NCBI GenBank assembly: GCA_964016885.1
Contig: OZ024757.1
Span: 6,820,001 to 6,884,000 of the forward strand
DNA: 64,000 nucleotides
DNA from: Eledone cirrhosa
Taxonomy: Eukaryota
Reading direction: 5' to 3'
Part shown: positions 15,101 through 30,100 of the stretch, in pieces
How the letters are laid out: every line of letters starts with the position of its first letter
Position numbering within the stretch: position 1 is the stretch's first letter
Program-made: the position numbers and the translations under genes
Notes under the pieces: model-generated
The model's database searches: none
What the model saw: the letters and a program-made list of their open reading frames with translations, nothing else
What the model was told of the DNA's origin: nothing

Positions 15101-18100
15101 AGGTGTGCCTCCACAGCCACAACTCTTGATGTTACGGAGATATCTTGCTGAAATTCATACCACCCACAGCCAATGAGTGTCCGCACATGTATTTCTAATT
15201 ACACATCGATACGTCAACATCCGGCCGGCCCACGATCGACGCATAGGGCCGGATGGCCCGTTTTCAGTGAATTTTCACCGGAATCGATCTGTAATTACTG
15301 GTACATTGCGGACACACATTTGCTGTGTGTGGTGTGATTTTCAAGAAGAACTGCCCATGCTAAATGAGGAAGCTGAAGTCCGCCGGCGAATGGTGTGCTT
15401 CGAAGAAAACTAATTCGAAAATGACCGTTTGCAGGCGGAGTAACCTTTTCGATCGTGGGCCAGCCGCCCGTGGTGGGATCCATCTGTAATTACTGGTACA
15501 TGTGCGGACACACATTTGCTGTGTGTGGTGTGATTTTCGAGAAAAACTGCCCATGCTAAATGAGGCAGCTGAAGTCCGCCGGCGAATGGTGTGCTTCGAA
15601 GAAAACGAATTCGAAAATGACTATTTGCCGGCGGAATCACCTTTTCGGTCCTGGTCCGGCCGGATCTTGCCGGATCGATCGGAAATTTGTGGACCATGTT
15701 CGGAAGGCCATTGTGCATGTGTGGTGAAAAAAAGTTGTGTCGAAATCTTCTCGGAAAATAACGGATCGCCGGCGGAGATTGCCATTTCGATCGTGGGCCG
15801 GCCGGATCTTGTCGGATCGATTCGGACATATGTGCATCGTGTTCGCAAGGCCCTTGTCTATGTGTGGTGTGATTTTCTTAAAGAAATTCCGAAAAACCCA
15901 GTTTTAAATCTGATTTCGCCAAAGAATTTTGGCTATCAGATCGGGTTGAAAGGTATGGTTTCAAGTCGATATGAAAGTCTAAAATGGAATTCACTCGGTT
16001 AGCTAACTTTTGATATATCGGAGATATCATTCTGAAAATCACACCACACACTCCCAATGAGTGTCTGCACATGTACCAGTAATTACAGATGGATCCCACC
16101 ACGGGCGGCTGGCCCACGATCGAAAAGGTTACTCCGAAGCACACCATTCGCCGGCGGACTTCATTTAGCATGGGCAGTTTTTCTTGAAGATCACACCACA
16201 CACAGCCAATGAGTGTCCGCACATGTACCAGTAATTACAGATGGATCCCACTACGGGCGGCTGGCCCACGATCGAAAAGGTTACTCCGCCTGCAAACGGT
16301 CATTTTCGAATTCGTTTTCTTCGAAGCACACCATTCGCCGGCGGACTTCAGCTGCCTCATTTAGCATGGGCAGCTTTTCTCGAAAATCACACCACACACA
16401 GCAAATCTGTGTCCGCACATGTACCAGTAATTACAGATCGATTCCGGTGAAAATTCACCGGAAACGGGCCATTCGGCCCTGTGCGTCGATCGTGGGCGTG
16501 CCGGATGTTGACGGATCGATGTGTAATTAGAAGTACATGTGCGGACACTCATTGGCTGTGCGTGGTATGCATTTCAGCAAGATATCTCCGTAACATCAAG
16601 AGTTATGGCTGTGGAGGCACACCTAGTCAAACGTAAACAAGGTATGGAGCGTTTACGCTTCGCGATTTTGTTTACGTTTGACTAGGTGTGCCTCCACAGC
16701 CACAACTCTTGATGTTACGGAGATATCTTGCTGAAATTCATACCACCCACAGCCAATGAGTGTCCGCACATGTACTTCTAATTACACATCGATCCGTCAA
16801 CATCCGGCCGGCCCACGATCGACGCATAGGGCCGGATGGCCCGTTTTCAGTGAATTTTCACCGGAATCGATCTGTAATTACTGGTACATGTGCGGACACA
16901 CATTTGCTGTGTGTGGTGTGATTTTCAAGAAGAACTGCCCATGCTAAATGAGGAAGCTGAAGTCCGCCGGCTAATGGTGTGCTTCGAAGAAAACTAATTC
17001 GAAAATGACCGTTTGCAGGCGGAGTAACCTTTTCGATCGTGGGCCAGCCGCCCGTGGTGGGATCCATCTGTAATTACTGGTACATGTGCGGACACACATT
17101 TGCTGTGTGTGGTGTGATTTTCGAGAAAAACTGCCCATGCTAAATGAGGCAGCTGAAGTCCGCCGGCGAATGGTGTGCTTCGAAGAAAACGAATTCGAAA
17201 ATGACTATTTGCCGGCGGAATCACCTTTTCGGTCCTGGTCCGGCCGGATCTTGCCGGATCGATCGGAAATTTGTGGACCATGTTCGGAAGGCCATTGTGC
17301 ATATGTGGTGAAAAAAAGTTGTGTCGAAATCTTCTCGGAAAATAACGGATCGCCGGCGGAGATTGCCATTTCGATCGTGGGCCGGCCGGATCTTGTCGGA
17401 TCGATTCGGACATATGTGCATCGTGTTCGCAAGGCCCTTGTCTATGTGTGGTGTGATTTTCATAAAGAAATTCCGAAAAACCCAGTTTTAAATCTGATTT
17501 CGCCAAAGAATTTTGGCTATCAGATCGGGTTGAAAGGTATGGTTTCAAGTCGATCTGAAAGTCTAAAATGGAATTCACTCGGTTAGCTAACTTTTGATAT
17601 ATCGGAGATATCTTTCTGAAAATCACACCACACACTCCCAATGAGTGTCTGCACATGTACCAGTAATTACAGATGGATCCCACCACGGGCGGCTGGCCCA
17701 CGATCGAAAAGGTTACTCCGAAGCACACCATTCGCCGGCGGACTTCATTTAGCATGGGCAGTTTTTCTTGAAGATCACACCACACACAGCCAATGAGTGT
17801 CCGCACATGTACCAGTAATTACAGATGGATCCCACTACGGGCGGCTGGCCCACGATCGAAAAGGTTACTCCGCCTGCAAACGGTCATTTTCGAATTCGTT
17901 TTCTTCGAAGCACACCATTCGCCGGCGGACTTCAGCTGCCTCATTTAGCATGGGCAGCTTTTCTCGAAAATCACACCACACACAGCCAATGAGTGTCCGC
18001 ACATGTACCAGTAATTACAGATGGATCACACCACGGGCGGCTGGCCCACGATCGAAAAGGTTACTCCGCCTGCAAACGGTCATTTTCGAATTCGTTTTCT

Positions 18101-21100
18101 TCGAAGCACACCATTCGCCGGCGGACTTCAGCTTCCTCATTTAGCATGGGCAGTTTTTCTCGAAAATCACACCACACACAGCAAATCTGTGTCCGCACAT
18201 GTACCAGTAATTACAGATCGATTCCGGTGAAAATTCACCGGAAACGGGCCATTCGGCCCTGTGCGTCGATCGTAGGCCGGCCGGATGTTGACGGATCGAT
18301 GTGTAATTAGAAGTACATGTGCGGACACTCATTGGCTGTGCGTGGTATGCATTTCAGCAAGATATCTCCGTAACATCAAGAGTTATGGCTGTGGAGGCAC
18401 ACCTAGTCAAACGTAAACAAGGTATGGAGCGTTTACGCTTCGCGATTTTGTTTACGTTTGACTAGGTGTGCCTCCACAGCCACAACTCTTGATGTTACGG
18501 AGATATCTTGCTGAAATTCATACCACCCACAGCCAATGAGTGTCCGCACATGTACTTCTAATTACACATCGATCCGTCAACATCCGGCCGGCCCACGATC
18601 GACGCATAGGGCCGGATGGCCCGTTTTCAGTGAATTTTCACCGGAATCGATCTGTAATTACTGGTACATTGCGGACACACATTTGCTGTGTGTGGTGTGA
18701 TTTTCAAGAAGAACTGCCCATGCTAAATGAGGAAGCTGAAGTCCGCCGGCGAATGGTGTGCTTCGAAGAAAACTAATTCGAAAATGACCGTTTGCAGGCG
18801 GAGTAACTTTTTCGATCGTGGGCCAGCCGCCCGTGGTGGGATCCATCTGTAATTACTGGTACATGTGCGGACACACATTTGCTGTGTGTGGTGTGATTTT
18901 CGAGAAAAACTGCCCATGCTAAATGAGGCAGCTGAAGTCCGCCGGCGAATGGTGTGCTTCGAAGAAAACGAATTCGAAAATGACTATTTGCCGGCGGAAT
19001 CACCTTTTTGGTCCTGGTCCGGCCGGATCTTGCCGGATCGATCGGAAATTTGTGGACCATGTTCGGAAGGCCATTGTGCATGTGTGGTGAAAAAAAGTTG
19101 TGTCGAAATCTTCTCGGAAAATAACGGATCGCCGGCGGAGATTGCCATTTCGATCGTGGGCCGGCCGGATCTTGTCGGATCGATTCGGACATATGTGCAT
19201 CGTGTTCGCAAGGCCCTTGTCTATGTGTGGTGTGATTTTCATAAAGAAATTCCGAAAAACCCAGTTTTAAATCTGATTTCGCCAAAGAATTTTGGCTATC
19301 AGATCGGGTTGAAAGGTATGGTTTCAAGTCGATCTAAAAGTCTAAAATGGAATTCACTCGGTTAGCTAACTTTTGATATATCGGAGATATCTTTCTGAAA
19401 ATCACACCACACACTCCCAATGAGTGTCTGCACATGTACCAGTAATTACAGATGGATCCCACCACGGGCGGCTGGCCCACGATCGAAAAGGTTACTCCGA
19501 AGCACACCATTCGCCAGCGGACTTCATTTAGCATGGGCAGTTTTTCTTGAAGATCACACCACACACAGCCAATGAGTGTCCGCACATGTACCAGTAATTA
19601 CAGATGGATCCCACTACGGGCGGCTGGCCCACGATCGAAAAGGTTACTCCGCCTGCAAACGGTAATTTTCGAATTCGTTTTCTTCGAAGCACACCATTCG
19701 CCGGCGGACTTCAGCTGCCTCATTTAGCATGGGCAGCTTTTCTCGAAAATCACACCACACACAGCCAATGAGTGTCCGCACATGTACCAGTAATTACAGA
19801 TGGATCACACCACGGGCGGCTGGCCCACGATCGAAAAGGTTACTCCGCCTGCAAACGGTCATTTTCGAATTCGTTTTCTTCGAAGCACACCATTCGCCGG
19901 CGGACTTCAGCTTCCTCATTTAGCATGGGCAGTTTTTCTCGAAAATCACACCACACACAGCAAATCTGTGTCCGCACATGTACCAGTAATTACAGATCGA
20001 TTCCGGTGAAAATTCACCGGAAACGGGCCATTCGGCCCTGTGCGTCGATCGTGGGCCGGCCGGATGTTGACGGATCGATGTGTAATTAGAAGTACATGTG
20101 CGGACACTCATTGGCTGTGCGTGGTATGCATTTCAGCAAGATATCTCCGTAACATCAAGAGTTATGGCTGTGGAGGCACACCTAGTCAAACGTAAACAAG
20201 GTATGGAGCGTTTACGCTTCGCGATTTTGTTTACGTTTGACTAGGTGTGCCTCCACAGCCACAACTCTTGATGTTACGGAGATATCTTGCTGAAATTCAT
20301 ACCACCCACAGCCAATGAGTGTCCGCACATGTACTTCTAATTACACATCGATACGTCAACATCCGGCCGGCCCACGATCGACGCATAGGGCCGGATGGCC
20401 CGTTTTCAGTGAATTTTCACCGGAATCGATCTGTAATTACTGGTACATTGCGCGCACACATTTGCTGTGTGTGGTGTGATTTTCAAGAAGAACTGCCCAT
20501 GCTAAATGAGGAAGCTGAAGTCCGCCGGCGAATGGTGTGCTTCGAAGAAAACTAATTCGAAAATGACCGTTTGCAGGCGGAGTAACCTTTTCGATCGTGG
20601 GCCAGCCGCCCGTGGTGGGATCCATCTGTAATTACTGGTACATGTGCGGACACACATTTGCTGTGTGTGGTGTGATTTTCGAGAAAAACTGCCCATGCTA
20701 AATGAGGCAGCAGAAGTCCGCCGGCGAATGGTGTGCTTCGAAGAAAACGAATTCGAAAATGACTATTTGCCGGCGGAATCACCTTTTCGGTCCTGGTCCG
20801 GCCGGATCTTGCCGGATCGATCGGAAATTTGTGGACCATGTTCGGAAGGCCATTGTGCATGTGTGGTGAAAAAAAGTTGTGTCGAAATCTTCTCGGAAAA
20901 TAACGGATCGCCGGCGGAGATTGCCATTTCGATCGTGGGCCGGCCGGATCTTGTCGGATCGATTCGGACATATGTGCATCGTGTTCGCAAGGCCCTTGTC
21001 TATGTGTGGTGTGATTTTCTTAAAGAAATTCCGAAAAACCCAGTTTTAAATCTGATTTCGCCAAAGAATTTTGGCTATCAGATCGGGTTGAAAGGTATGG

Positions 21101-24100
21101 TTTCAAGTCGATATGAAAGTCTAAAATGGAATTCACTCGGTTAGCTAACTTTTGATATATCGGAGATATCTTTCTGAAAATCACACCACACACTCCCAAT
21201 GAGTGTCTGCACATGTACCAGTAATTACAGATGGATCCCACCACGGGCGGCTGGCCCACGATCGAAAAGGTTACTCCGAAGCACACCATTCGCCGGCGGA
21301 CTTCATTTAGCATGGGCAGTTTTTCTTGAAGATCACACCACACACAGCCAATGAGTGTCCGCACATGTACCAGTAATTACAGATGGATCCCACTACGGGC
21401 GGCTGGCCCACGATCGAAAAGGTTACTCCGCCTGCAAACGGTAATTTTCGAATTCGTTTTCTTCGAAGCACACCATTCGCCGGCGGACTTCAGCTGCCTC
21501 ATTTAGCATGGGCAGCTTTTCTCGAAAATCACACCACACACAGCCAATGAGTGTCCGCACATGTACCAGTAATTACAGATGGATCACACCACGGGCGGCT
21601 GGCCCACGATCGAAAAGGTTACTCCGCCTGCAAACGGTCATTTTCGAATTCGTTTTCTTCGAAGCACACCATTCGCCGGCGGACTTCAGCTTCCTCATTT
21701 AGCATGGGCAGTTTTTCTCGAAAATCACACCACACACAGCAAATCTGTGTCCGCACATGTACCAGTAATTACAGATCGATTCCGGTGAAAATTCACCGGA
21801 AACGGGCCATTCGGCCCTGTGCGTCGATCGTGGGCCGGCCGGATGTTGACGGATCGATGTGTAATTAGAAGTACATGTGCGGACACTCATTGGCTGTGCG
21901 TGGTATGCATTTCAGCAAGATATCTCCGTAACATCAAGAGTTATGGCTGTGGAGGCACACCTAGTCAAACGTAAACAAGGTATGGAGCGTTTACGCTTCG
22001 CGATTTTGTTTACGTTTGACTAGGTGTGCCTCCACAGCCACAACTCTTGATGTTACGGAGATATCTTGCTGAAATTCATACCACCCACAGCCAATGAGTG
22101 TCCGCACATGTACTTCTAATTACACATCGATACGTCAACATCCGGCCGGCCCACGATCGACGCATAGGGCCGGATGGCCCGTTTTCAGTGAATTTTCACC
22201 GGAATCGATCTGTAATTACTGGTACATTGCGCGCACACATTTGCTGTGTGTGGTGTGATTTTCAAGAAGAACTGCCCATGCTAAATGAGGAAGCTGAAGT
22301 CCGCCGGCGAATGGTGTGCTTCGAAGAAAACTAATTCGAAAATGACCGTTTGCAGGCGGAGTAACCTTTTCGATCGTGGGCCAGCCGCCCGTGGTGGGAT
22401 CCATCTGTAATTACTGGTACATGTGCGGACACACATTTGCTGTGTGTGGTGTGATTTTCGAGAAAAACTGCCCATGCTAAATGAGGCAGCAGAAGTCCGC
22501 CGGCGAATGGTGTGCTTCGAAGAAAACGAATTCGAAAATGACTATTTGCCGGCGGAATCACCTTTTCGGTCCTGGTCCGGCCGGATCTTGCCGGATCGAT
22601 CGGAAATTTGTGGACCATGTTCGGAAGGCCATTGTGCATGTGTGGTGAAAAAAAGTTGTGTCGAAATCTTCTCGGAAAATAACGGATCGCCGGCGGAGAT
22701 TGCCATTTCGATCGTGGGCCGGCCGGATCTTGTCGGATCGATTCGGACATATGTGCATCGTGTTCGCAAGGCCCTTGTCTATGTGTGGTGTGATTTTCTT
22801 AAAGAAATTCCGAAAAACCCAGTTTTAAATCTGATTTCGCCAAAGAATTTTGGCTATCAGATCGGGTTGAAAGGTATGGTTTCAAGTCGATATGAAAGTC
22901 TAAAATGGAATTCACTCGGTTAGCTAACTTTTGATATATCGGAGATATCTTTCTGAAAATCACACCACACACTCCCAATGAGTGTCTGCACATGTACCAG
23001 TAATTACAGATGGATCCCACCACGGGCGGCTGGCCCACGATCGAAAAGGTTACTCCGAAGCACACCATTCGCCGGCGGACTTCATTTAGCATGGGCAGTT
23101 TTTCTTGAAGATCACACCACACACAGCCAATGAGTGTCCGCACATGTACCAGTAATTACAGATGGATCCCACTACGGGCGGCTGGCCCACGATCGAAAAG
23201 GTTACTCCGCCTGCAAACGGTAATTTTCGAATTCGTTTTCTTCGAAGCACACCATTCGCCGGCGGACTTCAGCTGCCTCATTTAGCATGGGCAGCTTTTC
23301 TCGAAAATCACACCACACACAGCCAATGAGTGTCCGCACATGTACCAGTAATTACAGATGGATCACACCACGGGCGGCTGGCCCACGATCGAAAAGGTTA
23401 CTCCGCCTGCAAACGGTCATTTTCGAATTCGTTTTCTTCGAAGCACACCATTCGCCGGCGGACTTCAGCTTCCTCATTTAGCATGGGCAGTTTTTCTCGA
23501 AAATCACACCACACACAGCAAATCTGTGTCCGCACATGTACCAGTAATTACAGATCGATTCCGGTGAAAATTCACCGGAAACGGGCCATTCGGCCCTGTG
23601 CGTCGATCGTGGGCCGGCCGGATGTTGACGGATCGATGTGTAATTAGAAGTACATGTGAGGACACTCATTGGCTGTGCGTGGTATGCATTTCAGCAAGAT
23701 ATCTCCGTAACATCAAGAGTTATGGCTGTGGAGGCACACCTAGTCAAACGTAAACAAGGTATGGAGCGTTTACGCTTCGCGATTTTGTTTACGTTTGACT
23801 AGGTGTGCCTCCACAGCCACAACTCTTGATGTTACGGAGATATCTTGCTGAAATTCATACCACCCACAGCCAATGAGTGTCCGCACATGTACTTCTAATT
23901 ACACATCGATACGTCAACATCCGGCCGGCCCACGATCGACGCATAGGGCCGGATGGCCCGTTTTCAGTGAATTTTCACCGGAATCGATCTGTAATTACTG
24001 GTACATTGCGGACACACATTTGCTGTGTGTGGTGTGATTTTCAAGAAGAACTGCCCATGCTAAATGAGGAAGCTGAAGTCCGCCGGCGAATGGTGTGCTT

Positions 24101-27100
24101 CGAAGAAAACTAATTCGAAAATGACCGTTTGCAGGCGGAGTAACCTTTTCGATCGTGGGCCAGCCGCCCGTGGTGGGATCCATCTGTAATTACTGGTACA
24201 TGTGCGGACACACATTTGCTGTGTGTGGTGTGATTTTCGAGAAAAACTGCCCATGCTAAATGAGGCAGCTGAAGTCCGCCGGCGAATGGTGTGCTTCGAA
24301 GAAAACGAATTCGAAAATGACTATTTGCCGGCGGAATCACCTTTTCGGTCCTGGTCCGGCCGGATCTTGCCGGATCGATCGGAAATTTGTGGACCATGTT
24401 CGGAAGGCCATTGTGCATGTGTGGTGAAAAAAAGTTGTGTCGAAATCTTCTCGGAAAATAACGGATCGCCGGCGGAGATTGCCATTTCGATCGTGGGCCG
24501 GCCGGATCTTGTCGGATCGATTCGGACATATGTGCATCGTGTTCGCAAGGCCCTTGTCTATGTGTGGTGTGATTTTCATAAAGAAATTCCGAAAAACCCA
24601 GTTTTAAATCTGATTTCGCCAAAGAATTTTGGCTATCAGATCGGGTTGAAAGGTATGGTTTCAAGTCGATCTGAAAGTCGAAAATGGAATTCACTCGGTT
24701 AGCTAACTTTTGATATATCGGAGATATCTTTCTGAAAATCACACCACACACTCCCAATGCGTGTCTGCACATGTACCAGTAATTACAGATGGATCCCACC
24801 ACGGGCGGCTGGCCCACGATCGAAAAGGTTACTCCGAAGCACACCATTCGCCGGCGGACTTCATTTAGCATGGGCAGTTTTTCTTGAAGATCACACCACA
24901 CACAGCCAATGAGTGTCCGCACATGTACCAGTAATTACAGATGGATCCCACTACGGGCGGCTGGCCCACGATCGAAAAGGTTACTCCGCCTGCAAACGGT
25001 CATTTTCGAATTCGTTTTCTTCGAAGCACACCATTCGCCGGCGGACTTCAGCTGCCTCATTTAGCATGGGCAGCTTTTCTCGAAAATCACACCACACACA
25101 GCCAATGAGTGTCCGCACATGTACCAGTAATTACAGATGGATCCCACTACGGGCGGCTGGCCCACGATCGAAAAGGTTACTCCGCCTGCAAACGGTCATT
25201 TTCGAATTCGTTTTCTTCGAAGCACACCATTCGCCGGCGGACTTCAGCTTCCTCATTTAGCATGGGCAGTTTTTCTCGAAGATCACACCACACACAGCAA
25301 ATCTGTGTCCGCACATGTACCAGTAATTACAGATCGATTCCGGTGAAAATTCACCGGAAACGGGCCATTCGGCCCTGTGCGTCGATCGTGGGCCGGCCGG
25401 ATGTTGACGGATCGATGTGTAATTAGAAGTACATGTGCGGACACTCATTGGCTGTGCGTGGTATGCATTTCAGCAAGATATCTCCGTAACATCAAGAGTT
25501 ATGGCTGTGGAGGCACACCTAGTCAAACGTAAACAAGGTATGGAGCGTTTACGCTTCGCGATTTTGTTTACGTTTGACTAGGTGTGCCTCCACAGCCACA
25601 ACTCTTGATGTTACGGAGATATCTTGCTGAAATTCATACCACCCACAGCCAATGAGTGTCCGCACATGTACTTCTAATTACACATCGATACGTCAACATC
25701 CGGCCGGCCCACGATCGACGCATAGGGCCGGATGGCCCGTTTTCAGTGAATTTTCACCGGAATCGATCTGTAATTACTGGTACATTGCGCGCACACATTT
25801 GCTGTGTGTGGTGTGATTTTCAAGAAGAACTGCCCATGCTAAATGAGGAAGCTGAAGTCCGCCGGCGAATGGTGTGCTTCGAAGAAAACTAATTCGAAAA
25901 TGACCGTTTGCAGGCGGAGTAACCTTTTCGATCGTGGGCCAGCCGCCCGTGGTGGGATCCATCTGTAATTACTGGTACATGTGCGGACACACATTTGCTG
26001 TGTGTGGTGTGATTTTCGAGAAAAACTGCCCATGCTAAATGAGGCAGCAGAAGTCCGCCGGCGAATGGTGTGCTTCGAAGAAAACGAATTCGAAAATGAC
26101 TATTTGCCGGCGGAATCACCTTTTCGGTCCTGGTCCGGCCGGATCTTGCCGGATCGATCGGAAATTTGTGGACCATGTTCGGAAGGCCATTGTGCATGTG
26201 TGGTGAAAAAAAGTTGTGTCGAAATCTTCTCGGAAAATAACGGATCGCCGGCGGAGATTGCCATTTCGATCGTGGGCCGGCCGGATCTTGTCGGATCGAT
26301 TCGGACATATGTGCATCGTGTTCGCAAGGCCCTTGTCTATGTGTGGTGTGATTTTCTTAAAGAAATTCCGAAAAACCCAGTTTTAAATCTGATTTCGCCA
26401 AAGAATTTTGGCTATCAGATCGGGTTGAAAGGTATGGTTTCAAGTCGATATGAAAGTCTAAAATGGAATTCACTCGGTTAGCTAACTTTTGATATATCGG
26501 AGATATCTTTCTGAAAATCACACCACACACTCCCAATGAGTGTCTGCACATGTACCAGTAATTACAGATGGATCCCACCACGGGCGGCTGGCCCACGATC
26601 GAAAAGGTTACTCCGAAGCACACCATTCGCCGGCGGACTTCATTTAGCATGGGCAGTTTTTCTTGAAGATCACACCACACACAGCCAATGAGTGTCCGCA
26701 CATGTACCAGTAATTACAGATGGATCCCACTACGGGCGGCTGGCCCACGATCGAAAAGGTTACTCCGCCTGCAAACGGTAATTTTCGAATTCGTTTTCTT
26801 CGAAGCACACCATTCGCCGGCGGACTTCAGCTGCCTCATTTAGCATGGGCAGCTTTTCTCGAAAATCACACCACACACAGCCAATGAGTGTCCGCACATG
26901 TACCAGTAATTACAGATGGATCACACCACGGGCGGCTGGCCCACGATCGAAAAGGTTACTCCGCCTGCAAACGGTCATTTTCGAATTCGTTTTCTTCGAA
27001 GCACACCATTCGCCGGCGGACTTCAGCTTCCTCATTTAGCATGGGCAGTTTTTCTCGAAAATCACACCACACACAGCAAATCTGTGTCCGCACATGTACC

Positions 27101-30100
27101 AGTAATTACAGATCGATTCCGGTGAAAATTCACCGGAAACGGGCCATTCGGCCCTGTGCGTCGATCGTGGGCCGGCCGGATGTTGACGGATCGATGTGTA
27201 ATTAGAAGTACATGTGCGGACACTCATTGGCTGTGCGTGGTATGCATTTCAGCAAGATATCTCCGTAACATCAAGAGTTATGGCTGTGGAGGCACACCTA
27301 GTCAAACGTAAACAAGGTATGGAGCGTTTACGCTTCGCGATTTTGTTTACGTTTGACTAGGTGTGCCTCCACAGCCACAACTCTTGATGTTACGGAGATA
27401 TCTTGCTGAAATTCATACCACCCACAGCCAATGAGTGTCCGCACATGTACTTCTAATTACACATCGATACGTCAACATCCGGCCGGCCCACGATCGACGC
27501 ATAGGGCCGGATGGCCCGTTTTCAGTGAATTTTCACCGGAATCGATCTGTAATTACTGGTACATTGCGGACACACATTTGCTGTGTGTGGTGTGATTTTC
27601 AAGAAGAACTGCCCATGCTAAATGAGGAAGCTGAAGTCCGCCGGCGAATGGTGTGCTTCGAAGAAAACTAATTCGAAAATGACCGTTTGCAGGCGGAGTA
27701 ACCTTTTCGATCGTGGGCCAGCCGCCCGTGGTGGGATCCATCTGTAATTACTGGTACATGTGCGGACACACATTTGCTGTGTGTGGTGTGATTTTCGAGA
27801 AAAACTGCCCATGCTAAATGAGGCAGCTGAAGTCCGCCGGCGAATGGTGTGCTTCGAAGAAAACGAATTCGAAAATGACTATTTGCCGGCGGAATCACCT
27901 TTTCGGTCCTGGTCCGGCCGGATCTTGCCGGATCGATCGGAAATTTGTGGACCATGTTCGGAAGGCCATTGTGCATGTGTGGTGAAAAAAAGTTGTGTCG
28001 AAATCTTCTCGGAAAATAACGGATCGCCGGCGGAGATTGCCATTTCGATCGTGGGCCGGCCGGATCTTGTCGGATCGATTCGGACATATGTGCATCGTGT
28101 TCGCAAGGCCCTTGTCTATGTGTGGTGTGATTTTCATAAAGAAATTCCGAAAAACCCAGTTTTAAATCTGATTTCGCCAAAGAATTTTGGCTATCAGATC
28201 GGGTTGAAAGGTATGGTTTCAAGTCGATCTGAAAGTCGAAAATGGAATTCACTCGGTTAGCTAACTTTTGATATATCGGAGATATCTTTCTGAAAATCAC
28301 ACCACACACTCCCAATGCGTGTCTGCACATGTACCAGTAATTACAGATGGATCCCACCACGGGCGGCTGGCCCACGATCGAAAAGGTTACTCCGAAGCAC
28401 ACCATTCGCCGGCGGACTTCATTTAGCATGGGCAGTTTTTCTTGAAGATCACACCACACACAGCCAATGAGTGTCCGCACATGTACCAGTAATTACAGAT
28501 GGATCCCACTACGGGCGGCTGGCCCACGATCGAAAAGGTTACTCCGCCTGCAAACGGTCATTTTCGAATTCGTTTTCTTCGAAGCACACCATTCGCCGGC
28601 GGACTTCAGCTGCCTCATTTAGCATGGGCAGCTTTTCTCGAAAATCACACCACACACAGCCAATGAGTGTCCGCACATGTACCAGTAATTACAGATGGAT
28701 CCCACTACGGGCGGCTGGCCCACGATCGAAAAGGTTACTCCGCCTGCAAACGGTCATTTTCGAATTCGTTTTCTTCGAAGCACACCATTCGCCGGCGGAC
28801 TTCAGCTTCCTCATTTAGCATGGGCAGTTTTTCTCGAAGATCACACCACACACAGCAAATCTGTGTCCGCACATGTACCAGTAATTACAGATCGATTCCG
28901 GTGAAAATTCACCGGAAACGGGCCATTCGGCCCTGTGCGTCGATCGTGGGCCGGCCGGATGTTGACGGATCGATGTGTAATTAGAAGTACATGTGCGGAC
29001 ACTCATTGGCTGTGCGTGGTATGCATTTCAGCAAGATATCTCCGTAACATCAAGAGTTATGGCTGTGGAGGCACACCTAGTCAAACGTAAACAAGGTATG
29101 GAGCGTTTACGCTTCGCGATTTTGTTTACGTTTGACTAGGTGTGCCTCCACAGCCACAACTCTTGATGTTACGGAGATATCTTGCTGAAATTCATACCAC
29201 CCACAGCCAATGAGTGTCCGCACATGTACTTCTAATTACACATCGATCCGTCAACATCCGGCCGGCCCACGATCGACGCATAGGGCCGGATGGCCCGTTT
29301 TCAGTGAATTTTCACCGGAATCGATCTGTAATTACTGGTACCTGTGCGGACACACATTTGCTGTGTGTGGTGTGATTTTCAAGAAGAACTGCCCATGCTA
29401 AATGAGGAAGCTGAAGTCCGCCGGCGAATGGTGTGCTTCGAAGAAAACTAATTCGAAAATGACCGTTTGCAGGCGGAGTAACCTTTTCGATCGTGGGCCA
29501 GCCGCCCGTGGTGGGATCCATCTGTAATTACTGGTACATGTGCGGACACACATTTGCTGTGTGTGGTGTGATTTTCGAGAAAAACTGCCCATGCTAAATG
29601 AGGCAGCTGAAGTCCGCCGGCGAATGGTGTGCTTCGAAGAAAACGAATTCGAAAATGACTATTTGCCGGCGGAATCACCTTTTCGGTCCTGGTCCGGCCG
29701 GATCTTGCCGGATCGATCGGAAATTTGTGGACCATGTTCGGAAGGCCATTGTGCATGTGTGGTGAAAAAAAGTTGTGTCGAAATCTTCTCGGAAAATAAC
29801 GGATCGCCGGCGGAGATTGCCATTTCGATCGTGGGCCGGCCGGATCTTGTCGGATCGATTCGGACATATGTGCATCGTGTTCGCAAGGCCCTTGTCTATG
29901 TGTGGTGTGATTTTCATAAAGAAATTCCGAAAAACCCAGTTTTAAATCTGATTTCGCCAAAGAATTTTGGCTATCAGATCGGGTTGAAAGGTATGGTTTC
30001 AAGTCGATCTGAAAGTCTAAAATGGAATTCACTCGGTTAGCTAACTTTTGATATATCGGAGATATCTTTCTGAAAATCACACCACACACTCCCAATGAGT